64,000 nucleotides of DNA from Diplonema japonicum (Eukaryota; Protista; Euglenozoa: Diplonemea), in assembly GCA_964019335.1 (NCBI GenBank), contig OZ025659.1, positions 124,001 through 188,000 of the forward strand, given 5' to 3'. The position numbers and the translations under genes are program-made. This document shows positions 23,327 through 35,552 of this stretch, piece by piece; within the stretch, counting starts at the first letter, position 1; every line of letters begins with the position of its first letter. The notes beneath the pieces were generated by a model that saw nothing but the letters and a program-made list of their open reading frames with translations, did not search any database and was not told the origin of the DNA.

Positions 23327-24497
23327 TTTTTTGTTTTTTTTTGTTGATGTCTGGAGGGGGGAGGTTTTTTTTTTTTTTTTGATTGTTTTTTTTTTAAGCA
23401 AGAGAAAGGAAAGAGAGGAAAGAGAAGAAAGAGAGGTGGGAAGAAAAAAAAGTCATCAGGAGATAGGAAAAATAAAAAAAAAGAGAAATCTGAGGTGAGA
23501 GTTTTTTTTTAAAAAAAAAAAGAGGGGGTAAAGAAAATGCAGAAAAGAACGAGAGGTGTGGTGGGGTTTTTTTATATTTGCTTTTGTATTCTACTTTCTT
23601 CTTCTTTTTTTTTTCCCTCCTTTTTTTATATTTTTTTTTAATGACGCGCATGAAGGAGGTGACACTAAGGGAGAGCAAAACGTGGACAAAGAAGGAAAAC
23701 AAGAATTTATTTTTTTCTTCTTGAAATATTTTATTTTTTTTTTCATTTGGTAAAAAAAAAGGGGGGGGAAGGTGCATGGCACAGTAAAAAAAAAAAGGGA
23801 AGAAAAAAAATGGAAGTTGGGAGAAATACAATTAGCTATTCCCTCCTTCTTTTTTTTTTTTCTTCTTTTCCTTTTTTCCCTCTCATTCTTTTTTTTTTCT
23901 TGGATAAAAGAGAAAAAAAAGGGGGGGGCAGAAAATTTGAACGTTTGAGTGACTATATAAGTGAAATGGAAACACTCCCCCCTCACCCCCATTTTCTTTT
24001 CCCTCAGCCTCCTGTTTATCATAATGGCATTAAAGAGGCGAAAGAGGGGAAGAAAATAAAAAAAGGGGGGAAAGTAAAAAACTGTAAGAAAGAAACAAAA
24101 ATTCATTGCGGGGGGGGGGGGGGGGGGGAGAGAAGTGATAGCAAATGGCCAGCACATTGTAGTGAGGAAGAAAAAAAAAAAAAGAGACATTTAAAAAGGG
24201 GGGAGAAATCTCTCTGCATTGTGAACCCGCATTATTTTTTTTTTCTCTCTCTCTTTTTTTTCTCTCTTTTTTTCGCTTTATTGAAATGTAAAATTGTATT
24301 TTTCTACCACGTGCGAATTCAACTGGGAAAAGCATCATTCCCCCCCCCTTTTTCTTTTCCCTCCTACCATCCTTACCCACTTTCCACCGCCGGATTTGAT
24401 CGGCAAGTACATGAAAAGGTGAAAGAAAGCGAATGAGGAAATGGTGGTGATTTCTTTTCTTCTTTTTTTCTTTTTGTTTTTTAGATAAAAAAATTAA

Positions 24498-24669
24498 CCA
24501 TAAAGGACTGTAGCTTTTTTATCAGTCTAGAAATAGCTATTTATTGCCAACAAATATCTGAGTCATTATTTAACTCGAGTCCCCGAATTTTTTGCACGAG
24601 GGCCCGCAGTATTCCAAACAAAAAGTTCAAAACCGCCTTTTTAGAATAAAATCAGCGATCCTTTATGGG
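24498..24669. mobile_element. 172-bp piggyBac-like MITE
   Basis: TTAA|CCATAAAGGA ... TCCTTTATGGG|TTAA, with TTAA at 24494-24497 and 24670-24673. Confidence 0.7.
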
Positions 24670-25349
24670 TTAAACAAATACATGAAGAGGCTATCTTTGA
24701 AGGGAAGCATATTTCCCTTCTTTTTTCTTTTATTTTTTTTTTTTTTTTTTGAAAATCATTTAGGAGGGGATACAACAGAAAAGAAAAAAGAAACAGAAAA
24801 AACAAAAAAAAACAAACAAAAAAAAGACCCCCCCCCCTTTATCCCGCAAGTACTCCAAGCAGGATTTCTTTGCCAAGAACACCTGATCAAAGAAACCTTT
24901 TTTTTTTTTTAAATATTCCACACATTTCTTTCCCCCACATAACGAAACTGCTCGGGATCACCATTGGAAGCCAGGGGAGTCACTGAAAAAAAAAGGGAAA
25001 AACCCCAATTTTATGTATGACAAAAATGGATGGGTAGCCCCCTCTAAAAAAAATAGAACAAACTAAAAGTGAAATAAACAAACCAAGTAGGAAAAAAAAA
25101 GAAAAAAAAATGGGTTCTCCACCCTGCACCACACTGACTGACATAAAGGGTGAGAGTTGGCACTTGACCAGCTTCGCCATTGCTATTTTGTCAGATACGA
25201 GTTCAATTTAACATAATTGAGCCTTTTATTTAATTTTTTTTTTCTTTTGCTAAAGTAAACTGCCAGTAAGGTCTTATGGGGGTCTTTTTTTTTTTTTGAA
25301 GAAACCGAGATTACGAAAAAAAAATATATGTGGAGGCAAAAAAAAAAAA

Positions 25350-25389
<40 letters not shown>

Positions 25390-26121
25390 ATTTATCTTCT
25401 TTCGCTTTCTTCTTTCAGAATACCGTGGAAGAAAAAAAAAGTTTTTTTTCCCCCTTACTTTGCAGGAACAATTGGAACAGAGTCCAGCTTTCCCCCCTCC
25501 CCTTTTTTTCCCCTTCCCTCCCCGTATTAACGCGTCATATTAAGAAGCCTAGTCTCATGGAACACATTAGAGAGAAACGTTTTTTTTCTTTTATTTTTTT
25601 TTATCGTCTTCTTCTCCCCCTTTTCTTTTGTAGCATTTCAGTCTTTGCTGGCGCCCAGAGAGCGCAGCAAAATGCTGGGGGTAGGAAGAATAAAAAAGTT
25701 GAGGGGGTGAAGAAAAAAAAAAAAAAAAAAGAAAAGAGAGACACCATTATGAGGGGGTGAACGGCCATCAAAAATAAAAAATTGCTTTTTAGCTTATTAG
25801 TTGCTTCCTTTTTTTTTCTTTTCTTTTTTTTTTTCTTCCTTTTTTTTTTCTTCTTTCTTTCGTTATATTCTGGAGAAACAAAAACTAGGATAAAATAATA
25901 GATGAGTAGGGGGAGGGGGAAGAGAGAAAACCACAACATGCAAATAAAGCAAGTTTTTTTTTGGGGGGGGGTTTTGTTTTTTTTGTTTTCTCTGGGAGTT
26001 GGATTTCTCCCCCCTTTTTTTTTGGGTGCCTTTTCTTGTAAATGTTTCTTTTCTTTTCTTTTTTTTTTTTGCATTCCCTTCCTGCGTGATTTCTGCATTT
26101 CAATGAGCGGATGATTGAAAG

Positions 26122-26162
<41 letters not shown>

Positions 26163-27341
26163 CATTGAGGAAGAAAAAGGTGTAGTTGTCGCACCTTGAC
26201 CCCCACGTCGCCAAAAAACACAAAGGAAAACCCGCAGGAAGAAGACAATGACAAAAAGAAGAAAAAAAAGAACTTTTTTTTTCCGGCGAATAAAAGATTT
26301 GAATTAGATGTGGAGAGAGGGAATCGAGGGAGAAGGGATGAAGAAACAAACAAAAAAAAACAAAAACAAAAAAAAAAAGCGGTATTTTCTTTTTTTTTTT
26401 CCTCGTCGCAAAAATAATTAAAAAAAAAGTTTTTTTTTTTTAATTGATATCTTTAAAAAAAAAAAGAGGAAGAAAGATCCCAAACGAAAGTGCCATGGGA
26501 AAGGGGGTTGACTAAGAAAGATTTTTCTCGCCTTTTTGACCACACATAAAGGCCTTTCAAGATCTGACATTTCGAATTTGCACTAAAAGTTGGTTCGGGA
26601 ATTACGTTGGTAGGTGTAACAAAGTATAAAAAATGGGGGGGGAGAAACAAAATATTTTTTAAAAAGAATTTCTAAGAAAGATAATGCCCCCCCCCCCCCC
26701 CTTTTTTTTACTGGTCTGTTAAAGGATTAGTTCTTTCCCCCTACCCCTGAAAATACACTTAAAGATGAAACGTGTTTTTTTTTTTCTTTTTTTTTCTTCT
26801 TTTTTCAACCCTGTTCTCTATTCCTTTTTTGTTTCCTTTTTGGAAAAAAAGAAAAGAGAGAGAGAAAAAAAAAGAAAAAAAAAAGGATGCCACACAGCCT
26901 TTTCCAGGGGAAGAAGGTCTCCACTCTCTCTCTCCTTGCATTTCTTCTTCTTTTTTTTTTAATAAAAAAATCAAGTACTTTTCAAGTATTTTCTATTCTC
27001 TCCAACTATTCTTCGTGCTTTTTTTTTTATTTTTATAAATGCTATTCTTTTTTTCTCCCCCTCCTTTCTTTCTTCTTCTTTTTTTTATCTCTTTTTTTTT
27101 CTTTACCACATGACCGTCTTCTGAAGGGTATACATCGCCTCATTAGAACGGAATGCTAAAAAAAAAAAAAAAATAAATAAAAAAAAGGGAAAAGAAAAGA
27201 AACGAAGAAAAAAAAAAAGGGAATGAACAAATATTATAAAAAAACTCATCACAGTCCATTTGAGACTTTCCTTACAAAAAAAAAAAAAAAAAAAAAGCTG
27301 TGTTTATCTTGCAGAAGAAAAAAAAAGAAAGTTTTCTCAAT

Positions 27342-27386
<45 letters not shown>

Positions 27387-28492
27387 TCGGCTGGAGATTT
27401 CTTTTTTTTTTTTCTCGAAAATTACTCTTATTTTGCTCATACAAGAAAATGAGCAGTACTTGTTTAGCAGCAAAGGGGGGAATAACAAAACAATGTATTT
27501 AAGTTCCTTCAAGAATTGCATAAAGAAGTTCTTCTTTTTCTTTTTTTCCCTTTCTTTTTTTTTTTTTTTTTTTTCCCAGTTTCAAAAGGAAAAGCGGTTA
27601 CTCACAAAAAGTATTATAAAAAAACCCCCCAATCCATTCCTTGCTGTGTCTTTAGCAAGGGAAAGAGAGATTATAAGGTTAAGCAGGTATTGACTTTCCT
27701 TGTATTCTTCTTCTTCTCCTTTACTTTTCTTTAGATTATTTTTCGCTAATCGGGTTAGTTGCACGAAGAGAAGGGAGAAGGGGGGGAGGTGAGAAAAAAA
27801 AAAAACAGGAATAAAAAAAAGGGGGAAGGGGGGAATATTTAAAAGATTACAAAAAAAAAAATGTTTCCTTTTTTTTTTTCTTTTGAAAACACCAAACATG
27901 CCACGCGCCTGAGCTGCCACTTCCCCCTCCCCCCCCTACCCCCACCCACCCTAACAGAGAAAGAAAAAAATGGGGAGGGGGGAAAAGTTTTGCTTTTCTA
28001 TTTTTTTGCAAGGAGATTCAAAAAAAAAAAGACTGTATTTTTCCCTTTTTTCCTCCCTCCCCATATCCCAAGGGGCAAGGACAGGTCCCGTTTTTTTTTT
28101 TTTCTTCTTTTTTTTTTCTTCCTTCCTACACCTTCAATATAAGGCAAGAACAATCCCTACCCACTCCTTCCCACCCCATTGTTTGCTCTTTCTTTCTTTC
28201 TTTCTTTCCTTCTTTCTTTCCCCATCGGAGGGAAGAGGTAGCAATAAAACTTCCAATATTTTTTCTCTTGTCCCCCCCCCCTTTTTTTTTATTCCTACTT
28301 ATCTTTTTCACCCCCTCCCCCGTTCACCCTCCCCAAAAAAAATAAGAACAAACAAACAAAAAAAAAAAAAAAACCACGAATGATAACGAATACATAAAAA
28401 AAAAAGTAAGTAAGAAGCCAAAAGTTCAACTGGGACTGAATCCACACAAAAATTAAAAAAGGGATTTTCTTCTCTCCCCCCACACGTTCCTC

Positions 28493-31243
28493 TTAAACAT
28501 CAACAGCATACACAGAGTGCTGCTGGGGAGGATGCAGCCTTTGCTCCCCATGAGGCCCGCTGGCAGGGGGTTGCAGGTTGACCCTGATACAAGACCCCTT
28601 GAAGAGAGGGTCCTCTTTAAGCTTGGGGTTCAACCTCTTGCGAAGAAAATCCGTGAGGTGGGAGGACAGCTTGAGAGGGATAGGGAAGATAATGTCGTAC
28701 CCCTTCGCGTCCTTGCAAACAATCGGCAGCGAGGGGGAAATCGTCGTTAAAAGCGACGCGAGCTCGGCCATGACTTGCGCAAAGATGGTTTTGGCAACCT
28801 GCGAGGGATCCTTTGCCATGGTATTCCCTGTGATAGGGTTTACCAGTAAGGACGCTTCGGTGGGGCTTTGTTTTTGCGGCGGCTTTGGAACTGTCTGCAC
28901 GGGTTTTACAACGGGACCGCTTGCGATTTTTTTGGGGGGGTTCACCGGCTTCATTTTTCCGTTTCCGATAAGACCTTCAATGGCAGCTAACTTTCGCTTT
29001 TTCGTTTCTAACAATACGCTGGCTTCTTCAACCTCTCTTCTAGCTTGTTTCACGTCCCATGCGTCAACTGCAAATTGGATGCCGTCTTCCAGACTGAAGC
29101 ACGGGATGTACCCTAAAACTTCCCTTGTTATCTCCACTTCATGCCTGCTGACAGTGGTATTAAGCCATGCTTTTCTGTTGGTTTTCACACACCCGATGAC
29201 GAACAGTTTCTTCGCCCACTTCGGCCATTGGAACACGGTCAGCCCTGGTTTGTAATTGGCCAGAATGTCGACCAAGGTTTTGTAGGTGTTCGGTTCCTCG
29301 TTGGTGAGGTAAAAACAACGGCCCGATACTGTTTCTGGTGTTTTTGTGAGCCTTGCCTCTGCTTGCAGCATCCCCAGTACAACGTTCTTCACATAAACAT
29401 ACTCCTTAACAACACACGGCGACGGGAAGTACACGGCGTTGTTGTCTAAAATCCTGTCCAAAAATGTTCCCGAGTGCTCGCCGAAAACCTCCCCGGGTAC
29501 CCTTATGCTCACGGCAGGCACGCCTTCTTGAAGGATGACCTTCTCGGCTTCGGTTAAAACCCATTCGGAGTAACTTTTTTCCGTTGGAATCGTAGCGGGG
29601 TTCACACCGATGTTGGCGCACATTACGATAAGCTTTGGAGCGCGTCTTGGAGGGACTCTTCTAAGCTCTAAGGCTTGGCCAACTACCGATTCATATGTAA
29701 GGTTGTTCCTGTCGGGTACGAAGAATACAACATCAGCGTTCAGACCGATTTCACGTTGGATTTTTACGTTGTCGCGGTCGGAAAGGGTTTCGATGAGTGA
29801 GTCTGCGACGGGTCCTGACCCGATCACGGAATACTTGGTCGGTGGGGGGAGCGATGTTGTGTGGTTATGATGATTATGATGCCGTGCTGACAGCGTTGTT
29901 GAAAACCCTTGCAAGATCATGTCCCACCTTGAAAGCGACGTTTCGTGCGAACCCTTCGCACCATGGTTGAGGTTGAAGAAAAAACCGTCGTTCTTCGTCC
30001 GTTCAATGTCCTCGTCAATGTCGATATCTGGTTCCGAACGAATAGCCACCGCAAGACCAAGAACAAATAGGAATACCGAAGTCCATATAAAGGGCAATGC
30101 TGTGAGGCAGAGACCCAGGAAGATGAACACCCCGATAACAAGGTCGAGATTCTGCTGTTTCGAGAACGAATCGGAGCCCGATGTCGATTCTTGTTTTTGC
30201 TGTTCGGTTCTGTTTGTGTAGGATCCCTTCCACCCCAGCTCCGTGCATGATCCTGCCACGAACCACCCGGTGTAGTTAACGCTGATGATGAACACTTCAC
30301 TGTAGTTTAAATGCTCGCCGAAGAAACGGGTTGTGAAGTCGAGGAGGTGGGACATCTGAGCGGCAACGGCAACACGTACACAAAGCAGCATTAAAAAAAG
30401 CCACCCGAGCGTTCCAAGAATGACAAGCTCTCTTGTCGTCCGCTTGCCCCCGAAAAGGTAAGACCCGGTAATAACCCACACCATCCCAGTGATGAACACC
30501 AAGATGTGCGTGGAGCACGCCATTCGTACAAATGAACTTTCAAAATCGTTCGGAGTGTCGAAGTCGTAGTCAGCCACCTCGGAGTAAGGTATCAATCCGT
30601 AAGACGAGGAAAGGTTCCAGATAGGGACTACCAGTGCTTTGAAGAAAAACACCGCAAAACACGCGATTGTCGCCCAGATTTTACAATACGGGGAGATCAC
30701 CGCCGGGTAGATCCCCTTTGTGTTGTCGTCTATCTGAGACACCAAGATGGCTGCTCCAAGCCATGTTGTCATAGACACCGCACCTACCACAGCAAAAACA
30801 ACCCCAGCGGTGTCCTTGAAGTAGAAGTTCGCGTACGTGAACACCGCTTCTGTTTTCTGTGTGAACGTTACCGAGAGGAACGCGAAGCACATTATGAAGC
30901 AGGATGCCACGGCAGCCCATATTTCGCTGTCTCTGTTTATGTTAGATTTGACACCTTTTTTGTAATAGTGTCCAAGCCACAGGCCTACACATATGATGGC
31001 AGTGTGGAGGACTGCGCTCATTGAGGCGAACTTGGCTACTTCGTCGTCCTTGGCGGTCATTTTCTCGTTGGTGCCGATCTCGATGAGGACCTTCCCCGCG
31101 GCCGTGTTGCTTATGACGTCTGACCAAACCCTCTTCACGCCATCCATGAACCAGAGGAAGGCCACGACGTAAATGAGAAAGACCTGCCCGATGGTGGAGA
31201 GAACGTCTTTTATTATCATTTTTTCATTTTTGTCGAAATTCAT
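28493..31243 (-). CDS. Polytopic membrane protein fused to a degenerate 3-beta-HSD/NSDHL-like extended SDR domain
   Basis: About 10 hydrophobic segments in the first ~400 aa, then VIGSGPVADSL, EAEKVIL, SIRVPGEVFG, YVYVKNVV, GRCFYLTNEEP. Confidence 0.75.
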   Translation of the reverse strand: MNFDKNEKMIIKDVLSTIGQVFLIYVVAFLWFMDGVKRVWSDVISNTAAGKVLIEIGTNEKMTAKDDEVAKFASMSAVLHTAIICVGLWLGHYYKKGVKSNINRDSEIWAAVASCFIMCFAFLSVTFTQKTEAVFTYANFYFKDTAGVVFAVVGAVSMTTWLGAAILVSQIDDNTKGIYPAVISPYCKIWATIACFAVFFFKALVVPIWNLSSSYGLIPYSEVADYDFDTPNDFESSFVRMACSTHILVFITGMVWVITGSYLFGGKRTTRELVILGTLGWLFLMLLCVRVAVAAQMSHLLDFTTRFFGEHLNYSEVFIISVNYTGWFVAGSCTELGWKGSYTNRTEQQKQESTSGSDSFSKQQNLDLVIGVFIFLGLCLTALPFIWTSVFLFVLGLAVAIRSEPDIDIDEDIERTKNDGFFFNLNHGAKGSHETSLSRWDMILQGFSTTLSARHHNHHNHTTSLPPPTKYSVIGSGPVADSLIETLSDRDNVKIQREIGLNADVVFFVPDRNNLTYESVVGQALELRRVPPRRAPKLIVMCANIGVNPATIPTEKSYSEWVLTEAEKVILQEGVPAVSIRVPGEVFGEHSGTFLDRILDNNAVYFPSPCVVKEYVYVKNVVLGMLQAEARLTKTPETVSGRCFYLTNEEPNTYKTLVDILANYKPGLTVFQWPKWAKKLFVIGCVKTNRKAWLNTTVSRHEVEITREVLGYIPCFSLEDGIQFAVDAWDVKQARREVEEASVLLETKKRKLAAIEGLIGNGKMKPVNPPKKIASGPVVKPVQTVPKPPQKQSPTEASLLVNPITGNTMAKDPSQVAKTIFAQVMAELASLLTTISPSLPIVCKDAKGYDIIFPIPLKLSSHLTDFLRKRLNPKLKEDPLFKGSCIRVNLQPPASGPHGEQRLHPPQQHSVYAVDV

Positions 31244-31285
<42 letters not shown>

Positions 31286-31286
31286 G

Positions 31287-31324
<38 letters not shown>

Positions 31325-31818
31325 GTTGTGTTTGTTTTTCTCTTGGTTTTTGTGGGATTTTTTTTTCCTAAAAGAATAAACGTAAAAAAGCTAGAATTGG
31401 GAAGGGGGATGTCTCATAAATTGTATCATTTGGTTCGATGAATATCGCAAAAAGAGAAAAAAGAAAAAGAAAAACGGATTCATTTCTTTTTTATTGTGCC
31501 AAGTCGCCTGCTGGGTGGTGCCCGCGTTTGATTCTTGCTGGGGGTGTACATTTTTTTTTTTTTTGTGTTTTAGTGTTAGTTGTTGAGGCGAATTGATTTC
31601 ACCTTCCCATCCCTCCAATAAAAAAAAAAAAAAAAAAAAGAAATGCAGCTGTTGTGTCCGACCGTTTCTACTTCCAGATTTTTTTTTTTTTTTTGCCAAC
31701 CAAAATGTATGTTGGTACCCCCCATGTCTGTACATGCCCGGTTTTTTTCCCTTTTTTTTTCTTCTTCCCCATAAAGCTGGGACGGTGGAATAAAAAAAAA
31801 AAAAAAAATCTATTCTTA

Positions 31819-34800
31819 TCAAAAATCGACAAGCAGGGCTAGAGCACCTACAGGATGCTCCTTTGAGGGACCTGTGAGGGGAGTGCGAAGGTATTCGGCA
31901 AGCCGAGAGTGGTGCTCAGCAACCAGCGCCGCTTTAGTGTGGGAATCCTCCATCCTAAGGTTGAGAAACCCGGCAAGCTCAGATGCAAGCACAGTGGCCT
32001 CACGCACCTTCCGTACAAGGTACATATTCGTATTGCAGATGAGCGCGCGATCAAAGGCAACTTTGCAGTACGGCCAGAGATGCTGTTGTTTTTTTTATTT
32101 AAAAAAAAAGAAAATCAAAAATAATTGTTCAATACCTCGAACAACAACGCCCCGTCCTCCCGTGTCCACTTACCATCCTCATAAGCGCACTGCAGCCCCT
32201 GGTTGCTCGACGAGTTCAAGTTCTTCCGCAAAGACGCAGCCCCTTTTTCGTACCTTCAAAAAAAAATTTTTTTTTTGCAAAAAAAAAAAATCATACGCTT
32301 TTGCAGCGGCTTTTTTAACAGGCAGTTCCGAGTCAAAAAACGGTGCGGGGGGGACTTCTAGTTCAGCCTGCTTCGAGACCCACAGTTGTTTGTGGTGGTT
32401 GAGGTCTGTCCGGCTTTGTTCCGTTGCGGTGGACGCTCCTCCGGGGAGTTTTGTTCTGTACGTTAACCACGCATCGTGCGCGTCGGTGGAGAGCTCGTAG
32501 TGGTTGTGCTGGTGGTATGCGGGGGAGAGCTTCATCTCCGCAAGGTAAACACCTTTAACAATTTCCTCGCAAGCAGCACGGCTCATTGTCCCATTCGACT
32601 CGATCACCAACAGCTCTGTAATGTCATCCTGCTTACGCATATCCTCCGCCTTGATGTTCTTGTTATACTGGGTATTGATAATGAGCAAGGTGTACACCGC
32701 GAAGTAGATGAAGTTCAATTTTCGAATATCCTCCCGCTGCACGACAATGGTGGTGGGCTGTGAATCGCCTCCGTCCTCTCCGGAATCTTTTTCCTTGAAT
32801 CTGTACACTGTCGCTTCGATCTCATCGCACGATCCATCGCAAGCTTTCGACACCACTGCACGCATGGGATACCCGTTATCGTCCAGCTCCTGCAAGAGAA
32901 TATCATCACCAGTTGAAAACGGCCCGCTTGGATTAATCATTGGAATATGATCGTTTTGTTTAGCGTAGTGGCACACGAACACGTAGAGAAGCCTGTCGAT
33001 TACCTGGCTTTCCCCCAAGGGGAGAAACTGCGACAATACAGTCCGGAGAGCCTCGTCAATCGGAACCGTTGACATTTTGAACAACGACATATATTCGTGC
33101 AGCACTGAGAAATTCCACGTTCTGTTCTTAAGAAGCAGTTCCCCTGTCTGCGCAGGGTCCAATCTCAAGCGCAACGCGTTGTCGAACACAAATTTTGCCA
33201 CTGTTGCGGGAGATTCATCAGGCAGTACCCCGTACTTCTGCAAAATTTGAGTACCGGTTTTCCAAGACTTCTTGTATGCGTTGAGAACTTCACGCATTAC
33301 CTTTTTGTTGAATAACGACTGTCTGTGCGACCCTGCACCCGAATCGTGGAGATTTTTAACCTTCCCAGCAAGCGATGCGACGAATGAGCACAGTACTTCA
33401 GAGGCACGGTGCTGCACAACACTATTCTGATGCATTGTGACCCAACCTTCATATGTGTAAACATGCGTTGCCATGTATGATAATGTGGTGAAGATCTCCG
33501 CGGTCACATCTTCGCAGTAAGGACTGCAATCATGGTTAACGAACATAGTGATGAGTTTTGTAGGGTGGGTTATGAAGGACTCGAGAAGCTCGATTACGCG
33601 GATTTTTTGAGAGAATGAACTGGACGCGGACTTCGCCAAGGGTAGGAGGTACCCGACGAGGACCTGGCTTATCTCGACCCGCATCAACCGCGAGAACTTG
33701 TGGAGGATGACCTGCATGACACCGGTGGAGTTTGAGAACAACAACGACGGCCGGACGTGGCCTAGATTCTCCAGAAGCGATTTGAAGACGTACGACTTCA
33801 GAGATGAGACCAACAGTGTTGCCGACGCGAACCCTTCGACAGCATGGGAGAGAACGAAGCATAACAACTCGCCTGCGTATATCCTGCTTCTTACTTTTGT
33901 TGCATCAACATCCTCTTCTGTTGTAATATCGTCCATGCTTATGTTCGACAACGCGCGAACTATCCTGTACACGTCCAGCTCGAACCCGTCCATTTTGGAT
34001 AAAATCTCGTCTTCGCTGAGTTTTTGAATGGGCAACATGGGTTCCACTGTGAACCGGAGCGGTTGGGTTTGAACAGCAGGGACTGTGTGATTGTCATCGC
34101 ATGATGATGCGAGCGACACGGATGAGAAGGTATGCCGGTGTTTGTTGGGTTTGCTTTTGAATGATGCTGAGAAGCAGGCAACAGCAATCCCTGCTGATAC
34201 AACAGCTTGTCTTGTTCTTTGCCGGCCTGCTGCAATGTCTTCCACTATGGCTACGCTGTGTAACAGACATGTTTGTAAAGAGGATTTCGAGGTTTTTCTA
34301 ACGTCGAGAGACGGGCTGCAAACGCTCAGCCGGAACATCATCTGTGCTACCGCTTGAAACAACATGGAGCTTTCCTTGTGGTGTTGGTGTGGGAGCGTTA
34401 CAAGAGTTTCAAGCCCTCTTGTGATTAAACATTGTGTGTCAGGGTGTTTTCCAGGGCATTTTAACGTAAGTACCTCAACTACTGCTTCTAAAACGGTTTT
34501 TCCCACTCCTGTCGCTGCTCCTGGGACTCTGTCTAGTTTTGGAGGGTCCACGAAGAAACCTTCTTTTGCCAATCTCACTATACCGTTTACGCACACTGCC
34601 ATCAAAGCAACCTGTGTTCCCTTCTTCAGACCCCACTCCTTGTTGTCCATGCAGTCCACTGCAAGAACGTACATGAACACCACCGCTTGCACCGGGAACT
34701 CGCCTTTGTCTTCTGCCGTGTACTTTGCTAGCCCATCCTCGGCCTCTTTACAGGCGGACTCCAGTTTTTGCAGGCGGTCCTTTGCTTTTTTGCTGAGTTG

Positions 34801-34851
34801 TGATGCATCTTCTTTAAACTCGCCCGCTATTCGGTTCGGGCTTGCCGTCAT
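31819..34851 (-). CDS. Sec7-domain ARF guanine-nucleotide exchange factor (BIG/GBF-like); introns 32254-32296 and 32083-32135
   Basis: HUS-box-like FVNHDC and Sec7 motif FLPLGESQVIDR. Spliced C-terminus reads EDGALLFE|HLWPYC in frame (HDS1-like). Confidence 0.85.
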
Positions 34852-35218
34852 CTAATTTTTCTTCTTCTTCTTTTTTTTCCCCCTTCTCCCCTTCTCACCC
34901 CCTCCCTACCTTTTTATTTAAAAATTATGTTTCCCATTTCTTGCCTGGTATTTCAAGGGAATAAGGGGGACTATGTTATAAAAAAAAAGGTTTTCTTTTT
35001 GCCTCGGGGGAAAGGATGTAATTTGGGACTTAAAAAAAACTGTCCCAGAGGGAACGGGGGGGGGGGGGGGGTATGGTAAAGGGGGATTAACAAGAAAACA
35101 AGAGAGAAAAAAAAAACACTTTTTTTTTTCCTTTTTTCTTTTTCCTGGGGAAAGAGGAAACGTTGGAGTTTTCTCTCCACCACACAGCAAAAGAGGAACT
35201 GGACGTTGGTTTTGTACG

Positions 35219-35290
35219 TGCCGGGTAAAACTGTTATCAACGTCCCCCTTTTGTCAAGACAAGTCAAAGACTCGTTTTTCGCAAAAAAAA
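35219..35290. repeat. Dispersed ~72-bp element, family A, copy 1 (copy 2 at 57339-57409)
   Basis: About 80% identical by eye, with an identical 20-nt core AGACAAGTCAAAGACTCGTT. Confidence 0.7.
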
Positions 35291-35552
35291 ATTTTTTTTT
35301 TGTATAAAAAAGAATACAAAACCTCAATAATAATAAAAAAAAAGGAGAGGGAGGAGGCACCCTTCCTTCTCTCCTTATATATGTACCACCTTACGAACCT
35401 TCAGCATAAAAAAAAAAAAAAAAGTACCGTACCCCATTTATAAAAATAAAATAAAAACAAGAAACGTGACCGGGTAGGGGGGGGGGGGACAAAGAAAAGA
35501 AAAAAGAAATCGTAGGTGAATGTGCCTTTCCCCCCCTTGCGTCGGGGGTTTT

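Noticed and set aside
26604-26620. Inverted CTACCAACG match to the piggyBac terminus
   Set aside because: Only 9 nt, no intact TTAA and no extension.
21300-28490. Numerous poly-K/F/G/P ORFs in spacers
   Set aside because: Translations of homopolymer runs; not credible proteins. The elongase at 22442-23326 is the exception and is called as a feature.
32156-32173. Ultra-short intron starting GTAAGT in the Sec7 gene
   Set aside because: The frame is continuous without it (EDGKWTREDGALLFE).
34852-34937. Upstream MGN... myristoylation exon for the Sec7 gene
   Set aside because: An in-frame TAA occurs before the putative donor.
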